From the NCBI GenBank assembly GCA_963817955.1, contig CAWFQK010000004.1, positions 544,001-608,000 of the forward strand: a stretch of DNA of 64,000 nt, given 5' to 3'. Within the stretch, counting starts at the first letter, position 1; each line of letters starts with the position of its first letter. The notes under the pieces were generated by a model, which saw only the letters and a program-made list of their open reading frames with translations, was not told the origin of the DNA and searched no databases. Origin of the DNA: an uncultured Gemmatimonadaceae bacterium (GTDB taxonomy: Bacteria; Gemmatimonadota; Gemmatimonadetes; Gemmatimonadales; Gemmatimonadaceae). Shown one piece after another: positions 30,875 through 40,436 of the stretch. Both the position numbers and the translations under genes were made by a program.

Positions 30875-31318
30875 TCATCGCCGGTCCATTGAGTGCGGGG
30901 TGAATGCATGTGGCAGAAGTTCATCCAGCGTCCAGCGGGCTTCCCGGCCGGCGCGCGTCACGGCGATGACGACGAGCTGCGGCGCAAATTCCATGAGCGC
31001 CTGTCGGCATACGCCGCATGGGGGCGTGGGCTCCTCGGCCTCGGTCGCTACGACCACCGCCTCGAAGCCGCGGTTCCCGCGCGCGACGGCCGCAGCGAGC
31101 GCTCCGCGCTCCGCGCAGAGCCCCGCGGGAAAGGACGCGCTCTCCACGTTGCAGCCTTCTGTGATGCTGCCGTCCGACGCGAGCAGTGCCGCGCCAACAC
31201 GAAATTTTGAATACGGTGCGTACGCGCGCTCCATGGCGGCCGTCGCGCGCTCGCGCAAGACGGTTACGGTGCGCTCATCGGCGGCAGGATTCACTCCCAT
31301 GCGCACGTCAGCCGCCAT
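30875..31318 (-). CDS. cdd: Cytidine deaminase
   Basis: AYAPYSKFRVGAA, GCNVE, CAER, PCGVCRQ. Confidence 0.95.
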   Translation of the reverse strand: MAADVRMGVNPAADERTVTVLRERATAAMERAYAPYSKFRVGAALLASDGSITEGCNVESASFPAGLCAERGALAAAVARGNRGFEAVVVATEAEEPTPPCGVCRQALMEFAPQLVVIAVTRAGREARWTLDELLPHAFTPHSMDRR

Positions 31319-32485
31319 CTACCGAGCAACCAATTGCGAAAGGAAGGACGTACCGCGCCCGCGGAAAGAGACTCCAAGCCAATCCGCCACCGTGGCGCCC
31401 AGATCCGAGAACGTCGAGCGCCGTCCCAGTACCGTCGACCGTGCCTGCGGGCCGAGCGCCAGAAGCGGCACGCATTCGCGAGCGTGGTCGGTGGACGAGG
31501 TCGTCGGGTCGTTCCCGTGATCGGCGGTGATAAACAGCAGGTCGTCCTCGTGGAGGTGAGTCAGGAGCTCGGGCAGGGCCGCGTCGAACTCGCGTAACGC
31601 TCCATAGAACCCCGGAACGTCGTTGCGGTGCCCAAATGCCTGGTCGAAATCTACTAGATTGGCAAACAGGAACGCCCCACTTCCTTTCTTGAGCCAGGTA
31701 TCGATGGCCGCGATACCCTCGGCATTACTCGCCGTATGGGTGGAGGCGATGCCTCGGCCGGCAAACAAATCGTCCACTTTCCCCACGCCAGCGCGGGCGA
31801 TGCCTGCCGATTCCAGGGCATCGAGCAGGGTCTCCGCTGGCGGAGCAATGGAGAAATCGCGCCGATTCGTCGTGCGGGCATAGGTGCCCGGTTCTCCGAC
31901 GAAGGGCCTGGCTATGACGCGCGAAACGTCGTATGGCGCCACCAGCATGCTGCGCGCGGTCTCGCACCCGCTATACAACTCGTTCAGCGGGATCACCCCC
32001 TCGTGCGACGCGATCTGAAAGACGGAATCCGCCGACGTGTAGAGAATCCACGCACCCGCTAATTGGTGCTCCGGACCAAACCGGTCGATGATCGCGGTGC
32101 CGCTCCCCACCACGTTGCCAATCACCGCACGGCCCGTGCGTTGCTCGAACTCTCGGACGACCTCGGGCGGAAAGCCCATCGGGAACGTGGGAAAGGGGCG
32201 AACCAGATGCAGGCCGGCGATCTCCCAATGGCCGCTGGTGCTATCCTTCCCCGCCGACTGCGGGATCATCAAGCCCCAACCGCCGAGCGGCACCGGTACG
32301 GGTCCCACGCCATTCAGCGGTGCAATGTTGCCGAGCCCGGCGCTCGCCAGGTTCGGCAGGTCGAGGGGGCCGAGGGCGCGTGAGATGTTGCCGAGAGTGT
32401 CGCTCTCGGTGTCACCATAACACTCGGCATCGGGCGCCGCGCCAATGCCGACGCCGTCCAGAACGATCACTGCCGCACGACGCAT
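31319..32485 (-). CDS. deoB: Phosphopentomutase
   Basis: IVLDGVGIG, GKDSTSGHWE, YTSADSVFQI, NLVDFD...GHRND, TADHGNDP, DHARE. Confidence 0.96.
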   Translation of the reverse strand: MRRAAVIVLDGVGIGAAPDAECYGDTESDTLGNISRALGPLDLPNLASAGLGNIAPLNGVGPVPVPLGGWGLMIPQSAGKDSTSGHWEIAGLHLVRPFPTFPMGFPPEVVREFEQRTGRAVIGNVVGSGTAIIDRFGPEHQLAGAWILYTSADSVFQIASHEGVIPLNELYSGCETARSMLVAPYDVSRVIARPFVGEPGTYARTTNRRDFSIAPPAETLLDALESAGIARAGVGKVDDLFAGRGIASTHTASNAEGIAAIDTWLKKGSGAFLFANLVDFDQAFGHRNDVPGFYGALREFDAALPELLTHLHEDDLLFITADHGNDPTTSSTDHARECVPLLALGPQARSTVLGRRSTFSDLGATVADWLGVSFRGRGTSFLSQLVAR

Positions 32486-33564
32486 CAGGTTTCTCCGCCG
32501 AAGTAACGGCGCGCCAAACGTCCGCGCAGCCCGGTCAGAATCTCGTAGGGACTCATTTCGGCGAACTCGGCGAGCTCGGCGACATCGATTCGATCATCGA
32601 CATCGGTTCCCATGAGCGTCGCGGCATCCCCGATCTCACACGGCACCATCGTCACGTCGACCATGGTCATGTCCATGGTCACTACGCCCGCGATGGGTGC
32701 GCGACGCCCGTGCAACAACACACTGGCGCGATTCCCGAGGATACGACGATATCCGTCGGCGTATCCGATCGCCAGCGTCGCGATGCGCCGGTCGCCCGTC
32801 GCACGCCACGTTCCGCCATAGCTCACCGTTTCGCCTGCGGCGACGGTTCGGATCTCGATCACCCTGGCGCGCAATGAGACGACCTGCTCGGTTTGGATCT
32901 GCGGCGCATTGCCGCTGCTTATGCCGTACAGGAAGGCCCCAGGCCGAATGACACTCCATGGCGATGGGCTGCGATGTTCGACCGCGGGACTGTTTTCCGC
33001 GTGGATCATGGCGGGGCGCACTGGCAGCTGTGCCAGCGCGGCAGCGAAACGCTGTTCCTGCACATCGCGGGTCGCATCGTTCCGATCGGCAGAATGGAAA
33101 TGGGTGAACACTCCCTGCGGTGCGCCCTCGGCGATGATGTCGTGCAACGTTTGCACCGCGTCCCATGGAATGCCGGCACGGTTCATTCCGCTGTCGATCT
33201 CGAGCTGCCAGGGACGCCGGGTCTCCTGCCACCGCTGGATGGCATTGTGAGTTCCGAGCGTCGGCGTGAGATCCGCGCGGATAGCGGCATCGAAATCGCC
33301 GACCAGCAGCGGCGTAAAGACGATAATCGGGCGCTCGATACCGGCGCGCCGCAACTCCTCACCTTCGGGGATCGTAGCGACGCCATAGCCCCACGGCTCG
33401 AGCCGCTCGAGCGCGCGCACGACCGGCACGGCACCGAGCCCGTACGCGTCGGCCTTGACCATAGGCAAGAGCGGTACGCGGGCTTGCGCGGCAATAGCGG
33501 ATCCATTTCGTAACAACGCGCCAAGGTCGATATCGACCCAGGCGCGTCTCATCAAGCTATGCAT
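32485..33564 (-). CDS. alr: Alanine racemase
   Basis: MVKADAYGLG (PLP Lys), DSGMNRAG, VSYGG, GYADG, VTMDM. Confidence 0.95.
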   Translation of the reverse strand: MHSLMRRAWVDIDLGALLRNGSAIAAQARVPLLPMVKADAYGLGAVPVVRALERLEPWGYGVATIPEGEELRRAGIERPIIVFTPLLVGDFDAAIRADLTPTLGTHNAIQRWQETRRPWQLEIDSGMNRAGIPWDAVQTLHDIIAEGAPQGVFTHFHSADRNDATRDVQEQRFAAALAQLPVRPAMIHAENSPAVEHRSPSPWSVIRPGAFLYGISSGNAPQIQTEQVVSLRARVIEIRTVAAGETVSYGGTWRATGDRRIATLAIGYADGYRRILGNRASVLLHGRRAPIAGVVTMDMTMVDVTMVPCEIGDAATLMGTDVDDRIDVAELAEFAEMSPYEILTGLRGRLARRYFGGET

Positions 33565-33611
33565 TGACCGATCGATCGGAGGGCGGGTAGTATACCGGAC
33601 CCGAGGAGGCT

Positions 33612-34394
33612 ATGCAAGCGAAATCATCACTTGAAGATACGCTCACGCTGATGCGCGATCTGCGCGCCCGGTGCGAGTGGGATGCGGCGCAAACTCATGA
33701 GTCACTGCGTCCGTATCTGGTGGAGGAAGCATACGAGGTGGATGACGCCATACGCGGTGGTAATGATACCCGCCTCCGCGAAGAGCTCGGCGACCTGCTT
33801 CTGCAGGTTCTCTTCCACTCGGTATTGGCGGAGGAGCGTGGCGCGTTCACAATGCAGGACGTGGCGGACGGGTTTATCACCAAGATGAAAGGCCGCCATC
33901 CGCACCTGTACGACGAAGGCGCGAAGCAGCCATGGGAGCAGATGAAGGCCAAGAAACGGGACAGCATCGTTGATGGCCTGCCGGCAGACCTTCCCGCGCT
34001 GCACCGTGCGTTTCGACTGCAGGATCGCGCCGCCGGCGTCGGCTTTGACTGGCCGGATGTCGAGGGGCCGATGGAAAAGGTGGAGGAGGAGCTACAGGAG
34101 GTGCGCGATGAGATGGCCGCCGATCCGCTCCCGCCGCCCGGATCTCCACCGAAATTCGATGCGCGCCACGCACGGCTCGAGGGTGAGCTTGGCGATCTCT
34201 TGTTCGCGGTGGTGAATCTCTGCCGCAAAGCAGGGGTGCATCCGGCGCTGGCGCTCGATACCACGAACGTGAAATTCGCGCGTCGGTTCGGTGCCGTTGA
34301 GCGTTTGGCGAGCGAACGTGGTCTCGCGATTGGCCAGGCATCGCTGCAGGAGCTGGATGCGCTGTGGGACGAGGTCAAGGGGGGCGAACTGTAG
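33612..34394 (+). CDS. mazG: Nucleoside triphosphate pyrophosphohydrolase MazG
   Basis: CEWDAAQTHESLRPYLVEEAYE, EELGDLLLQ, GFDW, ELGDLLF. SD GAGGAGG upstream. Confidence 0.95.
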   Translation: MQAKSSLEDTLTLMRDLRARCEWDAAQTHESLRPYLVEEAYEVDDAIRGGNDTRLREELGDLLLQVLFHSVLAEERGAFTMQDVADGFITKMKGRHPHLYDEGAKQPWEQMKAKKRDSIVDGLPADLPALHRAFRLQDRAAGVGFDWPDVEGPMEKVEEELQEVRDEMAADPLPPPGSPPKFDARHARLEGELGDLLFAVVNLCRKAGVHPALALDTTNVKFARRFGAVERLASERGLAIGQASLQELDALWDEVKGGEL

Positions 34395-34400
34395 GCGAAG

Positions 34401-34694
34401 CGCGGGTGCTGTGATCAGTGGTGAGTGGTCAGTGGTGAGTGGTGAGTGGTGAGTGGTGAGTGGTCAGTGGTCAGTTGTCAGTATACGGGTCATGTGCACC
34501 AGGGCGCCTGGATTGCAGGTCACTATCGCCGGTCGGCGAGGTTCGGGTGTCCAGTTGTGAGTCGTGAGTTGTGAGTTTTTAAAAACGCGCAACGCATCAC
34601 TCATCACTGGCAACTCGAAACTCGCCGACCGGTGGGCCGACCGCTACGGAGCAGCCAGCGACATCCAGCCAGAATTGGGCCCGGAGTCCAATCC
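34401..34694. repeat. Intergenic modular repeat, copy 1 (heptamer tract + module A + module B, forming a 104-bp imperfect hairpin)
   Basis: 34401-34601 matches 43365-43523, and 34601-34694 matches 43236-43328. Inverted arms span 34529-34632 around TTTTTAAAAA. Confidence 0.9.
34417..34482. repeat. Heptamer tandem (AGTGGTS) x9
   Basis: Nine consecutive 7-mers AGTGGTG/AGTGGTC/AGTTGTC. Confidence 0.95.
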
Positions 34695-34745
34695 ACGCTG
34701 CGCCAACCGGTGCGAGAAGGCGCGCATGCTCGACAACCCGAAGCC

Positions 34746-34773
34746 GTGTCCCGTGTCCCGTGTCCCCCGTCCC
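34746..34773 (-). repeat. (GGGACAC)n heptamer tract immediately after the asnS stop
   Basis: Minus strand: TAA GGGACGG GGGACAC GGGACAC GGGACAC. Confidence 0.85.
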
Positions 34774-36075
34774 TTACGGCCTCAACCGGTGCATCATCCG
34801 TGGGAACGCGGCCGCCTCGCGGATATGCTGTAGCCCGCAGACCCACGCCACCATGCGCTCGAGACCGAGTCCAAACCCGGCGTGCACAAAGGTGCCGTAC
34901 TTCCGCAGATCGAGGTACCAGCCATAGGCGTCGACCGGCAGGCCTTCCTCGTTGATACGATGCAGCAGCTTGTCGTAGTCGTCCTCGCGCTGTGATCCAC
35001 CGATGATCTCGCCGTACCCTTCCGGGGCCAGGCAGTCGTCACACAACACCGTGCGTGGGTCCTCGGGATTCTCCTTCATGTAGAAGGCCTTGGCACCCTT
35101 CGGGTAATTCATCACAAAGACAGGGCGATCGTAATCCGCAACGAGCAGCGATTCGTCTTCCGCACCGAGATCGTCGCCCCACTTGATCTCGCTGCCTTTC
35201 TTCTGGAGGATCTCCACTGCGTCGGTGTAGTTCACGCGATGGAAAGGCGTGGCGACGCGCTCGAGCGGCGCCGTGTCGCGCTCGAGTTCCTTGAGCTCCG
35301 CCGCGCAGCGCGCCAGACAGCGTTGCACGATGAATGACACGAAGTCTTCCTGCAGACGCATGTTGTCCACCGAGTCATTCCACGCGACTTCCGGCTCGAT
35401 CATCCAGAACTCCGTGAGATGCCGGCGTGTCTTCGACTTCTCGGCGCGGAAGGTCGGGCCGAACGTGTAGATCTTCCCGAACGCAGCGGCCGCAGCCTCT
35501 CCGTACAACTGCCCCGTCTGCGCGAGGTAGGCGTTCCCTTCCTCGAAGTACTCCGTGGAGAAGAGGCCGCTACGCTCGCCGATGGCCGCGGTCAGGATGG
35601 GCGTGTCGACCCGCAGGAATCCGCGCTCATAAAAGAAGTCGTGAATCGCCTGCTCGATCTCGTTGCGAATGACGAAGATGGCCCGCTGGCGGTTGCTGCG
35701 GAGCCAGAAGTGTCGATGGTCGAGCAGGAAGTCGATGCCATGTTCCTTAGGCTGGATGGGATAGTCGATCGGGCTCCGACCGATGATGGTGAGCCCAACC
35801 GCACCCATCTCGTACCCTCCCGGTGCCCGTGGCTCAGCCCGAACCTCGCCGGTCACGTGGACGGACGTCTCGAGCGTCAACTCCTGGAAACGCTCCCATA
35901 TCTCGGGCGGGAGTTGGGTCTTCACGAACACCGCTTGCATGATCCCCGTTCCGTCACGAATGACAGCGAACGCGACTTTGCCGGACGACCGGACGTGGGT
36001 GATCCATCCACGAACTGTGACGGTCTGTGCTACATGATACGGAAGTTCGGCGATACGCGGCGTAGTGTCAGGCAT
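34774..36075 (-). CDS. asnS: Asparagine--tRNA ligase
   Basis: OB-fold (VRGW...RDGTG), YLAQTGQLY, GPTFRAEKSKTRRHLTEFWMIEPE, EIIGGSQRE, GFGLGLER. Start ATG 36075. Confidence 0.96.
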   Translation of the reverse strand: MPDTTPRIAELPYHVAQTVTVRGWITHVRSSGKVAFAVIRDGTGIMQAVFVKTQLPPEIWERFQELTLETSVHVTGEVRAEPRAPGGYEMGAVGLTIIGRSPIDYPIQPKEHGIDFLLDHRHFWLRSNRQRAIFVIRNEIEQAIHDFFYERGFLRVDTPILTAAIGERSGLFSTEYFEEGNAYLAQTGQLYGEAAAAAFGKIYTFGPTFRAEKSKTRRHLTEFWMIEPEVAWNDSVDNMRLQEDFVSFIVQRCLARCAAELKELERDTAPLERVATPFHRVNYTDAVEILQKKGSEIKWGDDLGAEDESLLVADYDRPVFVMNYPKGAKAFYMKENPEDPRTVLCDDCLAPEGYGEIIGGSQREDDYDKLLHRINEEGLPVDAYGWYLDLRKYGTFVHAGFGLGLERMVAWVCGLQHIREAAAFPRMMHRLRP

Positions 36076-36228
36076 TGAGAGACTGGCGAAGTTGCTGGTG
36101 AGGCGGGTTAGAAGGCTACTCACGCCCAGGAACCGATGGTACCCCTTTCCGCGGCTGGAAAGCGGCGTCGTCCTTGCGGCGTTTTCCTTGCAATGCTCCA
36201 TCGTCACTAGAACGCCCCGCAAACCGAC

Positions 36229-37719
36229 ATGACCATCCGTTCGAGGCTGGCCGCCGGCCTCGTCACGATCGCGATCATCCTGATTGGCCCGCTTGTGTTC
36301 GCCATCCAGTCGCTGCAGAGACTGCATGGGGACGCCGTGGCCTTACGGGACAGGGAGTTCGCTGCCTCGCTCCTCGTTGGCCGATTGCGCGAGGGGCTGA
36401 ACGATCTGAGGCGCCAGGAGTTGGCCCTGTTGTTCTCAAAAGACGCCGCCACCCGCGACGCCATGGACCGGCAAGTCCTGCACGTCGCAGCCCTTGCCGA
36501 CTCGCTGAGTCACTTTCAGCTGCCGGCGTACGCGCGCGACATCCGCACCTCGGTGCAGACGATCGCCATCGTAGCCCCCTTCGAGTATCGTGCGGCGCTC
36601 GCCGACGACACGACGGTCGCCGATTCGTTGTCCAGCAAAGTGTTCGTGCCGGCGATGACTCACGCCGACTCGACGGTGGCGCGCGCCGAAGACGAGCTCC
36701 GCAGTCGCGCGTCGGAGCGCGTGGCCGACCAAGCACGGCGCATCATGCAAACCACGACCGCGTCGATCGTGGCGCTGTTCATGGCATTGCTGATCGCGGC
36801 CGCGATCGCGATCTGGCTCACCCGTTCCATCAGCCACCCTGTGCTCGATTTGCAGGCGGGCATGCGCGCGGTGGCTGACGGCGACCTCGAATACCGCGTG
36901 CGAGTCGCCCGCAACAACGCTGACGAGTTTGAGCAACTCGCCGACAGCTTCGAAGAAATGACCCGACAGCTCAGAGAGCTCGACAAGCTCAAGGCCGAGT
37001 TCGTCTCGGTTGCGTCACACGAGCTCAAGACGCCGATCAACGTCATCATCGGCTATCTCCAACTGCTCGAAGAGAACGTGTACGGTCCGCTGACGGCCAA
37101 GCAGCTCGACGTCCACAGGACGCTCATCGTGCAGGCCGACACCCTGTTGCGGTTGGTGAATCACCTCCTCGACGTCAGCCGGTTCGAGGCGGGGGGCGGG
37201 CGGATCGAGCCACGCACGGTCGTGCTCGACGACATGCTGTCCGAGCTCGAGAGCGCCTTCCACGTGCTGGCCGTGCAGCGCGAAATCAAGTTTCATGTCG
37301 AGCGGCGCGCCGGGCTGCCCGACCAGGTCTATTGGGACCTGGACCGGATGAACGAAATGCTGGGCAACCTGCTCTCCAACGCCTTCAAGTTCACGACGCG
37401 GAACGGTTCCATCGACCTGGTGTTCGAACCGGCGGACGACGGCGTGCACATTATCGTGCGCGACACGGGCGCGGGCATTCCGCCGGACCAGGTGGCGCGC
37501 GTGTTCGATAAATTCTATCAGGCAGACAATCAGTCGTCGGCACGTGCCGCCGGAACGGGCTTGGGATTGGCCATCGTGAAACAGATTGTGGACGCGCACG
37601 CAGGCACGATCACGTGCGAAAGCACGCAAGGAGTCGGGACGACATTCTCCATCACGCTTCCCACGCGCGTCACGCGGCGCTCCTCGCTGCAGCGCGCCAT
37701 TCCAGCGCACAGCGCGTGA
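36229..37719 (+). CDS. Membrane sensor histidine kinase (2 TM, HAMP)
   Basis: Two TM helices, HAMP, SHELKTP, NLLSNAFKF, DTGAGIP, GTGLGL. Confidence 0.93.
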   Translation: MTIRSRLAAGLVTIAIILIGPLVFAIQSLQRLHGDAVALRDREFAASLLVGRLREGLNDLRRQELALLFSKDAATRDAMDRQVLHVAALADSLSHFQLPAYARDIRTSVQTIAIVAPFEYRAALADDTTVADSLSSKVFVPAMTHADSTVARAEDELRSRASERVADQARRIMQTTTASIVALFMALLIAAAIAIWLTRSISHPVLDLQAGMRAVADGDLEYRVRVARNNADEFEQLADSFEEMTRQLRELDKLKAEFVSVASHELKTPINVIIGYLQLLEENVYGPLTAKQLDVHRTLIVQADTLLRLVNHLLDVSRFEAGGGRIEPRTVVLDDMLSELESAFHVLAVQREIKFHVERRAGLPDQVYWDLDRMNEMLGNLLSNAFKFTTRNGSIDLVFEPADDGVHIIVRDTGAGIPPDQVARVFDKFYQADNQSSARAAGTGLGLAIVKQIVDAHAGTITCESTQGVGTTFSITLPTRVTRRSSLQRAIPAHSA

Positions 37720-38342
37720 GTCGACTGAGTCGGGTGGCGAGCGCGGTGCTGGTGCTCGCGTCTGCGGGCTGCATCACCATTCAGACGCCCGCCTTCGTGG
37801 CGCCTGCCCCGGCACGCACCTGGCCGTCGACGCTCGCCGCCGCTCAAGGGCAGGCGACCGCTGGCAAGTTCGACGCGGCCGACAGCCTGCTGGCCAGCTT
37901 TGCCACACGCTACCCGGGCACCGGCGAAGCACTCGAGACCGCCTACTGGCGCGCGATGTTCAAGATGGATCCATCCAATCCACATGCATCGCTCGTCACA
38001 TCCATGGCACTGCTCGATGGGTACCTGGCCGATCCGCGGCAGCGTGCGCACGTGGCCGAGGCCACCACGGTGCGTCGTGCCGTAGCGCAGCTCGACGGGT
38101 TGACCAAGCTCGCGGCCAATGCGATGTCACAGGCGAGGAATGCGACCACAAGCGCCGTCGCGACTGCGGCCAAGCTGCAGCTGCTCGATGCGAAGGCTCA
38201 GACAGGGGACACGAAATCCGCAGCCGACGTGTCGGCCTCAGCGGACGCCGAGATCAAGCGGTTGAAGGACGAGCTCGCCAAGGCGAACGCCGAGCTCGAG
38301 CGGATTCGCAAGCGACTCGCGCAGCCGCCAGCCCGACCGTAG
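37716..38342 (+). CDS. Hypothetical lipoprotein with TPR-like helices and C-terminal coiled coil
   Basis: GTG overlaps the kinase stop. Lipobox LASAGC. C-terminus EIKRLKDELAKANAELERIRKRL. Confidence 0.75.
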   Translation: MSRLSRVASAVLVLASAGCITIQTPAFVAPAPARTWPSTLAAAQGQATAGKFDAADSLLASFATRYPGTGEALETAYWRAMFKMDPSNPHASLVTSMALLDGYLADPRQRAHVAEATTVRRAVAQLDGLTKLAANAMSQARNATTSAVATAAKLQLLDAKAQTGDTKSAADVSASADAEIKRLKDELAKANAELERIRKRLAQPPARP

Positions 38343-38348
38343 CGGTAG

Positions 38349-40436
38349 TCACCCAACCCGAAACAACTCCAGCGATCGTGCGTATCGCTGGCCGAGCACA
38401 CGACGCAAGCCGGCGTGCTCGGGTCGCTCGAGCCCAGGGTCCCGCCCGAGCAACGCCGCCGCTGCAGCCTGTGCGTGTTCGTTGAGCACCTCGTCACGCA
38501 TCGGGTCCGCGATCCTGAACGTCGGCACGCCACTCTGCCGCTCCCCGAACAGATCGCCCATGCCACGCAAGCGCAGATCTGCACGCGCGATCTCGAACCC
38601 GTCTTCCGTGCTCGTAAATATTCGCAGGCGGTCCGCCGCCTCGGGGCTGACGTCGCCGAGCAGAATGCAGAATGCCTCATCGGCGCCGCGCCCGACGCGG
38701 CCGCGCAGTTGGTGCAGTTGCGAGAGGCCGAACCGCTCCGGGTGCTCGATGAGCATGACCGTGGCGTTCGGTACGTCGATGCCCACTTCGATGACGGTCG
38801 TCGCGACGAGCAGGTCTATGGTTCCGTCGCGAAACCGTCGCATGATATCATCGCGCTCGTCGCTCGGGATACGACCATGGAGCAACGCCACGCGTCGTGC
38901 GGTGAATGGCCCGGCCGCGAGCATCTCGTGCATGGTCGTCGCCGCCTTGAGGTCGGTCTTCTCCGACTCCTCGATCACGGGATAGACGATGTACGCCTGC
39001 CGTCCCAGCTCGAGCTGCCGATCGACGAACTGCAGCACGCGCGCCCGCGCCGATTCACGACGCAGGGCCGTGGTGATCGGCAGGCGCCCCGGCGGCCGCT
39101 CATCGAGGATGCTCAGATCGAGATCGCCGTAGAGCGTCAACGCGAGTGAGCGCGGGATGGGCGTCGCGGACATGAGCAGCACATCGGGTGCTTCGCCCTT
39201 GGCGCCGAGGGCCTTTCGCTGTTCGACACCAAAGCGATGTTGCTCGTCGATGGCGGCAAAGCCGAGCCGTCCGAAGACCGTTGCCTGCTGCACCAACGCG
39301 TGCGTGCCGACGACGAGGACGGGTTCACCACTCTCCAGGCGCGCGGCAACCGCCTTCCGCTCACGTGCCGGCAGACTACCGGTGAGCAGGATGGGCGTGA
39401 GCCCGAGCGGCTCCAGCAGCGCCGTCATGGTACGCGCGTGCTGTTCGGCGAGGAGCTCCGTCGGTGCCATGATGGCGGCCTGATACCCGTTCTCGATCGC
39501 CAGGAGCGCCGCAAACAACGCGACGATCGTCTTGCCCGAGCCAACATCGCCTTGCAGCAGGCGCTGCATGCGCCGGTTGCTGCACATGTCGACGAAGATC
39601 TCGCGGATCGAGCGCGCCTGCGCACCGGTGAGCTGGTACGGGAGACGCTCGCGCAGCGTGGACGTCAGCTCGCGTTTGTTGACGAACGTGATACCGGCGC
39701 GCTGATCGCGCGCCAACGTCCTGGCGCGCTGGTGCAGCAACTGCACGAAGAACAGCTCTTCGAACGCCAGCCGCGACCGCCCCGCCATTGCCTCGGCGAT
39801 CGACTCCGGGCGATGCACCATGCGGAGCGCGGCGCCCAACGGCGGCGTACCGGACCCGGCGAGCACATCGGGCGGCAGATACTCCGTGACGAGCGGCAGC
39901 AGCGCGTCGAGGTGGGCCTCGATGATCGAGCGAATGAGCTTGAACGAGAGTCCCTCAGTGGCGGGATACACCGACAAGACCCGTCCATGCGTCGTGGCGC
40001 TGTCGTCGTCGCCAAGATTGACGAACTCACGCGGCTGGAGCTGCCGGCCGTGGAAGAACCGGACGTTGCCGGTCACGAGCAGGACGTCCCCCGTCTTGAT
40101 GGTCCGGTCGAGGAAGGGCTGGCCGGGCCATGATACTTCCATCATTCCCGTTTCATCACGGAGCACAGCCTGGAAGATCCGGAGGCCCTTGCGGGTCGGC
40201 AGGACCCCTTTGGAGATGACCGTACCGATCACCGTGCCCTGCATGCCTGGCTCGAGTGTGTTGATCGGCGTGACCGTGCTCGCGTCCTCGTACCGGTGCG
40301 GGACGTGATAGAGCAGGTCACCAGCGGTCAGGATCCCGAGGCGTCGCAGCGCATCGGCACGGACCGGCCCGACGCCCTTGAGGTAGGTGGCTGGCGTGTC
40401 GAGGAACAGGCGCTGCGCCGACGCACGATCCGTCAC
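38349..40436 (-). CDS. recG: ATP-dependent DNA helicase RecG
   Basis: LKGVGP, LLQGDVGSGKT, DEQHRFG, MSATPIPR, QLRGRVGR. Confidence 0.97.
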   Translation of the reverse strand: MTDRASAQRLFLDTPATYLKGVGPVRADALRRLGILTAGDLLYHVPHRYEDASTVTPINTLEPGMQGTVIGTVISKGVLPTRKGLRIFQAVLRDETGMMEVSWPGQPFLDRTIKTGDVLLVTGNVRFFHGRQLQPREFVNLGDDDSATTHGRVLSVYPATEGLSFKLIRSIIEAHLDALLPLVTEYLPPDVLAGSGTPPLGAALRMVHRPESIAEAMAGRSRLAFEELFFVQLLHQRARTLARDQRAGITFVNKRELTSTLRERLPYQLTGAQARSIREIFVDMCSNRRMQRLLQGDVGSGKTIVALFAALLAIENGYQAAIMAPTELLAEQHARTMTALLEPLGLTPILLTGSLPARERKAVAARLESGEPVLVVGTHALVQQATVFGRLGFAAIDEQHRFGVEQRKALGAKGEAPDVLLMSATPIPRSLALTLYGDLDLSILDERPPGRLPITTALRRESARARVLQFVDRQLELGRQAYIVYPVIEESEKTDLKAATTMHEMLAAGPFTARRVALLHGRIPSDERDDIMRRFRDGTIDLLVATTVIEVGIDVPNATVMLIEHPERFGLSQLHQLRGRVGRGADEAFCILLGDVSPEAADRLRIFTSTEDGFEIARADLRLRGMGDLFGERQSGVPTFRIADPMRDEVLNEHAQAAAAALLGRDPGLERPEHAGLRRVLGQRYARSLELFRVG

